Below, piece by piece: positions 53,571-64,000 of a DNA stretch of 64,000 bases. Location: the NCBI GenBank assembly GCA_012295275.1, contig CM022667.1:2604001-2668000 (forward strand). The letters run 5' to 3'. The position numbers and the translations under genes were made by a program. Under the pieces are notes generated by a model, which saw nothing but the letters and a program-made list of their open reading frames with translations, was not told where the DNA came from and searched no databases. Each line of letters starts with the position of its first letter. Within the stretch, counting starts at the first letter, position 1. Origin of the DNA: Chrysomallon squamiferum. Lineage: Eukaryota; Animalia; Mollusca.

Positions 53571-55016
53571 CATCAAGGCAATAAGTCTAAAGCAGGCCTT
53601 TGTAAGCAGGATGTAATGAAAAACAATGACTGAGAGATTAACATTTGGTTAACATTTTATAAAAAAAATCTTATTTTAAGTTATTACCATTTTAATTTTT
53701 TTAAATATACTCGAACAATTGCATAATTTTCACGAAGCCACACATTTGTCTAAATCTCACAAACAATTGACTATTACTGACTACTTGAAGAAAACAAAAT
53801 ATAATTAATGATTTTATATTGAAAAAGGCAGACTATATCTGATTTTCTACCCCAGTCAAAACAATTTGAGCATTATTTTCATAATTATTTTCTGAATATC
53901 CATTACGCTTGGTGGCTCATAATATCACATGAAATTGTTTCATATTATTTGGTCTGATCAACCCAGAAATGAATTCTAGTCTACTGTCAATGATTTTGAC
54001 AGGATAGTTTTAATTTTCAGAGTTTGCTTGCATTGGCAGACTGAAAAGATGAATGAGTATGTGTATTAGTTTTATTTAAGAAAATGGTTTTTGGCACATT
54101 TTGCATGATCATTTCAAGTCCATTACATTTGTAGGTGTCTATGGTAAACATTCCTAATTCAATGGTGGTGGGACATTAACTAACTACTGAATACCAAGGA
54201 AGGAACTCTTGCTTAGCTTCAACATGGGATTCAATAAATAACTGTTGGTCTGAGACTTGGTGTCAGTCAGAACATGGTTGGTAGACTAGGGCAAACGAAT
54301 CGAGCCATCAATTCTCTTTGAAATCATTCATGGTTAGGAAGAACTGCTTGCATAATTCAGAAAATTGGCCACTTTATTGTATTTTGAGGTTATGTACAGT
54401 CATTTATCATATCTCTCTAAACTATAATTATGTGTTGTCATCCTCTAATCACAAAAGTAAAACAGTGCATTGTTGTAGCTATTCATTGTTGGTCACATGA
54501 TCTCCTTCCAAGACATCACCTAGTGATAGGTTAGCTGTTTCTGTAGTTTGTGTTTTACTCTGGAACAGAACGTAGGCATTACTGATTCTTTGTCATTCTT
54601 AGCAGCATGACTAGCAGTTTGTATTCCAGTGAGGCTTGCAGAGAAACCAAGAAGATCTGTTAATGATGTTTACAACAACTTCTTTGTGGTAGAAAGGAAT
54701 TAAAATGGGAAGGTCGACAGAACTGATGTATAAATAAATATAGTTTATGGAAACCAAAATGTACTGGCAAATTGCAAAATTTGATCCTGTGATATTTGAA
54801 CAAAATGGAAGCAAAATGCACCCATTCTTCCAAGTTTTCTTCTTTTTTGATTTTCTCATTGTTTTTGTTGTTGTTGTTGTTGTTGTTTTTTTTTTGCCCA
54901 TGGTCATCTGTTATGTATGTAAATATCTGTATTTACTGATGAATGGATGGATGGATTTCATGCTTTAGAATGTTATGTGAATGACTGTGGCTGGCTTGTG
55001 TGTTTGTGTGTGTGTG

Positions 55017-55069
<53 letters not shown>

Positions 55070-55360
55070 GTGTGTGCATGTGTGTGTGTTTGTTTGCGTG
55101 TGCGTGTGTTTGTGTGTGTGTGTGTGTGTGTCAAGTACAGAGTACACAACAAATGTTTTCAATCATTAATGTAGTAAAAGGTGTAACACTGTTTATATCA
55201 CACTAGTAACTTTGAATCCATGTAAAAATGGAACATAGGTAAATAAAAAGTAACCAGTTTGATAAGTCAGACACCATTTATTTACAACTTTTCATAATTC
55301 ATGAATGATTTTCCTCAGCAGTATGTTGTGTGCATTCTTCACTTCAGGAATTCTTCTAGA

Positions 55361-56001
55361 TTCTGCAGAAATAATTAGAATAGAAATAAAAAATGAATGA
55401 GGAATAATAATGGCAGAAAATATATCTGTCTGTCTGTGTGTGTGTGAGGATGTGTTTTAGCATACCTATGGAAAAAGTTATTTGCACATTGCATCTGAGA
55501 AATATAATTTATAATTTATTTATTTATTTATTTGTAACATTGCAGTATGTAAAGTTATATATATATATATATATCTTGTCAATAACATTGGTTTTGACTG
55601 AAGATTAAAAAAAAAACAGTCTGTTAGTATTTAATCATTTGCTATATAACAATTTCAATAATTTCAGTTTGTAATAATTTCAATAGTTTTTAAATAATCT
55701 ATCTTATAAATAAATGTTACTCACATTTGCCATATCCGAATCCATATCCGTGCATTCCCATCATTCCATGTCCATAACCTCCATAACCTCCATACATCAT
55801 TGGGTATCCCATCATACCATATCCTCCCATCATGCCATATCCTCCCATCATTGGGTATCCTCCCATCATTCCGTATCCTCCCATCATTGGGTATCCTCCC
55901 ATCATACCTCCCATCATACCTCCCATCATACCATGTCCAATACCACCAGCAGAGGCAATGGCGAAACAGGCAACAAGTGCGATAAGGACAGCCTTCATCA
56001 T
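55361..56001 (-). CDS. Secreted Gly/Met/Tyr-rich peptide, copy 3 (92 aa)
   Basis: Coding exon 56001-55725 with the split stop at 55362-55361. Exon 1 donor at 56135, TATA at 56207-56213. Confidence 0.88.
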
Positions 56002-57899
56002 TTTGAAAATCTGAAATAAATTTTATTTCAGTTGATTTATTACTATAAAATGAACTAAATATCAAGAAATGAAAGGTAATCTAAACAGTAAAACAAAAAT
56101 TGAGTTTTTGACAGACAAATACTAAAATACTGACCTGGTGATTGGAGAGGTGTTCGTTCAGAATTGTAAATTTGAAAGTGATGCCTTTTCACTTTTAATT
56201 TAACTCTTATATACTAAACCGTTTAGTAATATTATGTAACTTCCTGCATAGTTTATTATAGATTGATTATCTGTACCAGCTTTTAATGGTTATAAATGTG
56301 ATCATAAATTAATTTATTGCAAGTATTTTTGGCTCTATCAGTTCACAAAGGTAACATTATTTCATAATGTTTGGTGCTGATATCATTAGCAGTACTTGTA
56401 TATTTATTATTAATAACAATAGTGATTGTAATAGTATTTGTGTTGGTAGTAGTAGCAATACCAATAGCAGGTTGTAGCTGTTGTAATAATAGTAGTAGCT
56501 GTAGTAGTGCCAGTTGTGGTACTATCTGTGGCAGTGTAGCAAACATTGTAGTAGTAGTAATAGTAGTTTCAGCAACCTCATGGTTGTTCGTATAGTAGTT
56601 TACATCACTGTACTACAAGTTGTATGAAATTAAAAAATCTTAATATTTCATTAATCTGTTACAGAGAACAACTATATTTCTGTACTTTTGGTTTTTGGGG
56701 GTTCATAAAGATCACTGTGATTATCATAGCTTTCTTTTTTAATTTATTACTTACTTGTTTGTTTATTTTATGTCAACTCTTTCTTTAATGAATCTCTGTT
56801 AGTACATAACACTGTTTAACAGATTTAATCATGTATTCTGGGTTACATTACATTTATAACCAGTAATCACATATTACAGTGAAGGAACAGAAACAGAAGA
56901 AATTGTTTTATATAATTGCTGACAACAAATGTATGTGAATCTCTGTAGTTTTTAATTTTGCATTCATCTGTGTGTCATACTCTAGATCTATTTGCCAGAT
57001 GTACAGTCCATAGTGACTCAGAGATTGTGATAATAAAAAATATACTTGAATGATTCATTGACAGAATTATGCACATAACAAATGATTCTCACTGGTATCT
57101 TGAATCTATATTTAGCTTGTTTCTTCCAAAAAGACATATTTGGCCTATAAACAAATCAAGATATTTTTAAAGACATTACAGCAGAGAAACCACACTGAAA
57201 ATAATTTTAAAAAAAACATGCAACCTTCAAAAAGTACTGTCTTTATGTTTTTCCATTCATTTTAGAAGATTACAATTATGTTATTAACGTCCACTATTAT
57301 TGACCTCAAGTAACAAAATATTATTTATTATCGTTTACTGAAAAACTGAAAGTAAGCTCTTTGTGATTATTTGAAGCCTACTACTTCCAGTCCAGGACAA
57401 TACTTGAACAGATTTATGAATTGTAATCTTTATTATCCAGTCATTTATCATTTCCAGTTAATTTAATATCTGTCATCTCATATTGCTATCATAATCTCTA
57501 ATCAAAACAATAAAATAATTCATTTTTGTATCTATTCACTGTTGATCATGTGATCTCCTTCCATTTGATCAGCTGGTTATAGGAATGAGTCTGTGTACTG
57601 ACAGAAAGTCAGTATCAGTTAACTGTAACGGAGATTTTGTTTATTGTCATTAAAATATTGCAATGATGCTCTCAGAGAAACAATGAAAGACTGTTAAAGA
57701 TCTCAACACAAGCTTCTTTGTGCTTAAATGTGATGAAATTGAAAAAGTCAGCAGCATTATTTTTGAAAATAGGACATTTACCCACCAGACAGTTTTTCAC
57801 CCTAAAAGGTTAAAAAAAAAATTAACAAATGGAAATTACGTCAAATAATTTTTTTTATTTCCACATTTGATGAAAGCATACATAAACATTGCAACTGCA

Positions 57900-58170
57900 A
57901 CAATTACATCTGTTTACAAATGAACTGAATTTCTTTGAGAGAAATTCTCTTGCAGAACATTTGAAGATGCTTCTGATGTTGCTGGATGCAGCCATTTCCA
58001 ATGTACTCTCTCCTCTTTGAAGCTGGTGAACCTGTTTGTGGTTCAGAAATGACCTGGGATGTAAGATCACCTTTACCTCTGCATGTGGCAAACCCAGTGA
58101 ATCCATTCTTTATTTGCAGTGGACAACACATACATATGGCCATTGCAGGACAACTTGTCTTTGCCTACAT
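57900..58170 (-). mobile_element. Decayed FLYWCH/MULE fragment (paralog of 48560-48898)
   Basis: Hand translation GKDKLSCNGHMYVLSTANKEWIHWVCH...HPRSFLNHK, with stops and frameshifts. It shares the upstream flank gaatgatttcaagt. Confidence 0.5.
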
Positions 58171-59174
58171 TGTTTTAGAATTTAGGAATGATTTCAAGTC
58201 TCATTGCATTTGTGACTTCATACGACACAAATCAATCCAAGTTTGGAGTAGCTGTGATTAAATATGTATCACAGACAACTTTAAAAACAGAACAACCCAG
58301 TCTTTGAATGATTTGGATGGGAGTGTTTTGCATGGAGTACAGAGGGTTTTATAAGCTTTTGGCATCAGTTAGAATAACACAGTCTTTCATTTACTTGAAC
58401 AACACTGGCAAATCGAGTGTACAAATTGAAGAATCTTATGACCTTTGATAATTATGTTATCTTGATTGCAATTATTTCATGATGTTTTCTGATAAAGGAA
58501 ACTTGTGTGTGAATAAAAATTTTAATTATATTAATTAATAATCAGCTCAGACACTTTAACATCCTGAAAGAAAACAACAACAAAACAAACAAAAACCAAA
58601 GCCTGGCAATTTAAAGTAATGAAACTGGAAATGTTGGCAGCATTCTTTTTAATAAATTATTTTGGTTTGTGATTTAATTATTCATTTCCCTGTGTTTTAT
58701 ATCTGTACATAACAGATGTAGAATAACCTTGATGTATAGCCCAGTAATTTACACAGAAATATAATTTATGGAAATACTTGAATTCTGTTGCCTGATAGTG
58801 AAATCTGATCACTTCATCAATGGACAAAATGGAGGCAAAGTCCACATTTACTTCCAAGTAATGTTTTAAAAGAAATATGTTGTTTTTTCAACAAAAAAAA
58901 AAAAAAAAAAAAAAAAAAAATAATAATAATAATAAAAAAATAAAATGAAAGCAACGTAGAATTTTGCCATGAAATGAAAGCAATGTGAAGTTTAGTACAA
59001 AAGGGCAATTATTATATATATATATATATATATCTGTACATATATAAAGCCATGTATTTCTGTTTGTATGTATGTATGCATCTGTATGTATTGATGGATG
59101 GATGGATGGATGGATGCATGCATGGAAGAAGGTGTATAATAATTTGGAATGTTTATATTTGTATAAATGTCCAG

Positions 59175-59207
<33 letters not shown>

Positions 59208-59482
59208 GGTGGATGGGTTAATGGGTGTCTGTAAATTTATAGTATATTTAAATACAAGAAATGTTCTGAATCATCAATATTCTAGTATTAAATGTGTAAC
59301 ATTCTTTACATTGAAGCTGGTAGTTTTGACTCCATATAAAAATGGAACATGGCTTAAAAAACTAAACAAAAGTAACCAGATTGATAAGTCAGACACCATT
59401 TATTTACAGTTTTTCATGATTCATGAATGATTTTCTTCAGCAGTATGTTGTGTACATTCTTCACTTCAGGAATTCTTCTAGA

Positions 59483-60004
59483 TTCTAGAGAAATAATTAG
59501 AAAAGAAAAAAAACAAATGAATAAGAAACAATAATGGTACAAAAATGTACATGTGACTTTCTGTGTGTGTTTGTGTGTTCATTATTTACATTTTGGTATA
59601 TTTAAGTGAAAAAAAAGTCTGTTAGTATTTAATCATTCACTATATAACATTTTCAATCATTTCAGTTTGTAATAATTTCAATAGTTTTTAAATAATCTAA
59701 CTTATAAATAAAAATGTTACTCACATTTGCCATATCCGAGTCCGTATCCCATTCCCATTCCCATCATTCCATGTCCATATCCTCCATAACCTCCATACAT
59801 CATTGGGTATCCCATCATACCATATCCTCCCATCATGCCGTATCCTCCCATCATTGGGTATCCTCCCATCATTCCGTATCCTCCCATCATTGGGTATCCT
59901 CCCATCATACCTCCCATCATACCTCCCATCATGCCATGTCCAATACCACCAGCAGAGGCAATGGCGAAACAGGCAACAAGTGCGATAAGGACAGCCTTCA
60001 TCAT
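59483..60004 (-). CDS. Secreted Gly/Met/Tyr-rich peptide, copy 4 (93 aa)
   Basis: Coding exon 60004-59725 with the split stop at 59484-59483. Exon 1 donor at 60119, TATA at 60191-60197. Tail variant GMGMGYGLGYGK. Confidence 0.88.
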
Positions 60005-62149
60005 TTTGAAAATCTGAAATAAATTCAAAATGATTTAACCATAAAGAAACAAAAGGTAACCTAATCTAAACAGTAAAACAAAAACTGAGTGTTGACAGAC
60101 TAATACTAAAATACTGACCTGGTGATTGGAGAGGTGTTCGTTCAGAATTGTAAATGTGAGAGTGATGCCTTTTCACTTTTAATTTAACTCTTATATACTA
60201 AAAAATTTAGTAAAATTATGTAACTTCCTGTATAGATTATTTTAAGATTGATTATCTGTACCTAGGTTTTAATGGTTATAAATTTGATAATAAATTGATT
60301 TATTGCATGTATAATTGGTTATGTAAGTCTACAGAAGTAACATTATTTCATAATGTTTGATGCTCACATCAGTGATCGTAATAGTAGTAGTAGCAACAGC
60401 AATATCAGTTGCAGTTGTTGTGATAAAAGTAGCAGTTGAAGTATTTGTAGCAGTGGTAGCAAAAATTGTAGTGGTAGTAGTTTCAGCAATCCTCATTTTT
60501 GTGGCATATCATTTTCAGTAATGCTACTACAAATTACTTGATATTAAAACAAATTAATATTTCATTAAACTATTCTTGAGAAAAATTATATTTCACTGGG
60601 TTTTGGGGGGGAGTTGTTAAGATCAATGTAATTACACTACTATTACAGGTTTCTTTTTTTATCATTATTTATTTATTTATTTATTTATCTATCTATTTAT
60701 TTATTTGTCAATTTTTATTTTATTTTATTATTTTTTTCTAATTATTCATTGATGTTAACTGTTTGTTTAATGGCCTCTGTTTGTATATAAGGTTCTATTT
60801 AACATATTTAATTGGTATTCTGTTTAATGTTAATTTTGTTGCTGGTTAGTTATATATTACTATAAAGAAACAAAAAAGTTCTATGAAAATTAATTGCTAA
60901 CAATGAACCTATGTGATCTCTGTAGTTTCTGTGTTAATGTGTACATGAGTCTGAGTCATGCTCTAGATCTTCATACCAGATATCCAGTCTGTTTTGGACA
61001 GAACTGTCTAGTAAAGTCAGAGATTGTGATAACAAAAAACATATTTGAATGGATCACTGATGCAGTAATATTATGCACACGACAAATAACTCTCACTGGT
61101 ATCTCAAACATATTTAGTTTGCGTCTTCCAAAAAGTCAGACATCTGACTAGGCAGTCTCCCCATCCCAGTAAAGCAGTATTACCTATAAACTGACTGATA
61201 AAAACACTTGAGATGTGTTCAGTAGAGGGTCGTGACAGTAATTCTAAAACAGGCATTTGTAAGCAGGGTGTAATAACAAATAATGACTGAGAAATCTTTA
61301 TGTAGATAACATTTCATAATAATATTTATTGTAAATTATTAGCATTTTGTTTTTTTGGAAAAAATATTTTAAAATAATTGCATAATTGTCTTGGAAGTCA
61401 GCCATTTGTCTGAACCTCACAAACAGTCCTCTGTTATTGACCTCGTGAAGTAAACAAAATATTATTTACAATCTTTTACCGAGAAACTGAAAGTAAATTT
61501 TTACAATTATTTGAAGCCTGCCACATCCAGGATTGGACCAATACTTTTATAGATTTAAAAATTGTAGTCTTTACTATACAGTCATTTATCACTTCCATCT
61601 CTATTAATTTAATTTGTTACAATATTTACAATTTTATCTGTGTCATTTCAAATCGCTACCATAATTTCTAATCAAAAACAGGAAAACAATTCATTTTTGT
61701 TTTTATTTCATTGTTGGTTGCATGCTGTCCTTGCATGTAAATCAGCTGGTGATTGGCAGCAGTCTCTGTAGTACAGAAAGCCAGTATCAGTTAACTGAAT
61801 GGTTGTTAAAGGAGAGTTTGTTTATTGTCATTATAATATTGCAATGAGGATTTCAGAGAAACAAAGAAAGACTGTTAAAGATATCTGCACTGGTTTCTTT
61901 GTTGTTAAGTGTGAAGAAATTGGAAAGATCAGCAGCATTACTTTTGATTGTAGGATATTTGCTCATCAAACATTTGCCCATTGGACAGTTTGTTCTGGAC
62001 AAAAGTAAAAAAAAAATAAAAAAAATGGCAATTGCAACCACCAGACAAATGGAAATTAAATCTGTTAAAGTTTATTTACACATTTAACAGCAACAATTAC
62101 TGTAACTATTTACAATCAAACTGAATTTCTTCCTGAAAAATTGATTTTT

Positions 62150-62391
62150 AGAGTCTGGAGCACCTCTGATGCTGCTGGTACACACACTTTTGATGTCTTC
62201 TCTTAGTTGAAGCTGATGATGTTGGTTTGTGATTCACAAATCCTCTGGGATATTAGAGCATCTTTTTAACCACTGGAATGTTGCTTATGGCAGACACAGC
62301 TAATCCAGTTTTTCTTCTTGATCTTCTGCACGTATATATGTCCACTTTAGCACAGTTTATCTTTGATTCTGTTGGACTTGATAATCACCAT
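62150..62391 (-). mobile_element. Decayed FLYWCH/MULE fragment (paralog of 48560-48898)
   Basis: Hand translation MVIIKSNRIKDKLC*SGHIYVQKIKKKNWISCVCHKQHSSG*KDAL. The nucleotide block ttatctttgattctgttggacttgataat is shared with 48864-48892 and partly with ~52078-52100. Confidence 0.58.
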
Positions 62392-63588
62392 TATAGCTTT
62401 ATAATTTAGAAATGATTTCAAGTCTCAGTGTGTCTGTTATTTTATAGAACTACCAAAGCAGTTCAAATTTGTAGTAGCTCTATCTGAGTTCATATCGGAG
62501 AGAACTTTAAAATTTTAATAGTCTTTGTAATCAGAACAATCCAGTCTTTTAATTATTTGGGTGCAGTACATATCAAAGGATTTTGTAAGCTTCTGTCATG
62601 TTGACTGCACTTTTTCCCATCAAAAACAATAATTAAATCTTTCATTTATTTGAACAACATTAACAGATCAAAAAGAAATCAAAGAATCATATGACCTTTG
62701 AGAATTATGTTATCTTGATTGCAGTTAATGATGTTTTCTAATGAAGGAAACTTTCTATGTGAAAATAATTTTAATTATATCAATTAATAATCAGGTTTAT
62801 CATGTATTTATAAGAATATCCAGAAGAAAAACAACAAGAAGAAGAAAACAAACAAAAGAAAAAGACTGGCAGTGGACAATTTAAAACGATGAAACTGAAA
62901 ATGTTGACCACATTGTTTTTAACACATTATTTTTATTTGTGATTTAATTATTCTGTTCCCTGTATTTTGAATCTATAAGTAACAGATGTGGAACAGCAAC
63001 AGAACACTGACTTTAACCCCAGCAGTTTACTAAAAAAAAATGTAATTTATGGAAATAACAGAAGTTGACTGTCGGTACTTGTAAATGATATTTTAAAAGA
63101 AATATGTTTTCTGTGGGTTTTTTTTGTTTGTTTGAAACCAAGGTGAAATTTAGTGCATAATGGCAATCATTTCACCTCATTACTGAGAATATATGTATAT
63201 GAGTGTATATATGTAAAATATATTTATGTATATATATATATAGAATTATCTATGAGTGTATGTGTGTATCAGTATATACTGATAAATAAATGAATGGATG
63301 GATGGAAGGTGACTGATAGTTTGGAATGTTTATATTTGTATCTGTGTGTTCATGTGTGTGGTTGTGTCAGGTATATTTAAATACAAGAATGTTCTGAATC
63401 ATCAGTATATTAAAATTCTTTAAAATGAAGCTAGTAACTTTGAATCCATGTAAAAATGGAACATAGCTAAATAAAAAGTAACCAGTTTGTTAAGTCAGAC
63501 ACCATTTATTTACAACTTTTCATAATTTATGAATGATTTTCCTCAGCAGTATGTTGTGTACATTCTTCACTTCAGGAATTCTTCTAGA

Positions 63589-63658
63589 TTCTAGAAAAAT
63601 AATTAGAAAAGAAAAAATAAATGAATAAGAAACCATAATAATAGAAACAGTATATATG

Positions 63659-63694
<36 letters not shown>

Positions 63695-64000
63695 AGTGTG
63701 TGTAAGCATACTTTAACATGACAGTTAAATAAATAAATGTTACTCACATTTGCCATATCCGAGTCCGTATCCCATTCCCATCATTCCATGTCCATATCCT
63801 CCATAACCTCCGTACATCATTGGGTATCCCATCATACCATATCCTCCCATCATGCCGTATCCTCCTCCCATCATTGGGTATCCTCCCATCATTCCATATC
63901 CTCCCATCATTGGGTATCCTCCCATCAGACCATATCCTCCCATCATACCTCCCATCATGCCTCCCATCATGCCATGTCCAATACCACCAGCAGAGGCAAT
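63589..64000 (-). CDS. Secreted Gly/Met/Tyr-rich peptide, copy 5 (5' end beyond the window)
   Basis: ...IASAGGIGHGMMGGMMGGMMGGYGLMGGYP...GMGYGLGYGK to 63748, with the split stop at 63590-63589. The 3' exon is conserved. Confidence 0.85.

Noticed and set aside
46751-60022. His/Ser-rich + strand ORFs (MLLTFAISES...HHWVSSHH) and the PPII / DGRI alternative-frame ORFs
   Set aside because: These are antisense or shifted-frame shadows of the Gly/Met repeats. Signal peptide, splice sites, TATA and polyA signals all support the minus-strand Gly/Met frame.

Overview
AT-rich, microsatellite-rich eukaryotic DNA with spliceosomal GT-AG introns. It is an invertebrate, most likely a mollusc or other lophotrochozoan given the macin gene; the species cannot be determined from this window. 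Genes assembled by hand: (1) a secreted 10-Cys macin-family antimicrobial peptide (-); (2) NUDT19, with one catalytic exon 1 followed by TWO intact, diverged copies of the exon 2+3 cassette, only the first ending in the peroxisomal signal SKL; (3) a 3-exon classical aquaporin (+); (4) MAF1 with 6 coding exons (-), head-to-head with (5) a SHARPIN/HOIL-1(RBCK1)-family gene (LTM-UBL-Pro-rich-NZF, with no RBR exons found in the window); and (6) a tandem array of at least five ~4-4.6 kb units. Each unit encodes a secreted Gly/Met/Tyr-rich peptide ending in Gly-Lys, with its stop codon split by an intron; the spacers between copies carry decayed FLYWCH/Mutator relics. The best candidates for new biology are the NUDT19 dual 3' cassette (possible splice-controlled organelle targeting), the Gly/Met/Tyr peptide array (caenacin-like or structural, possibly nested in an RBCK1 intron), and the MAF1-SHARPIN/RBCK1 divergent pair, which mirrors the mammalian arrangement. 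All exon boundaries were read by eye and need RNA-seq confirmation.
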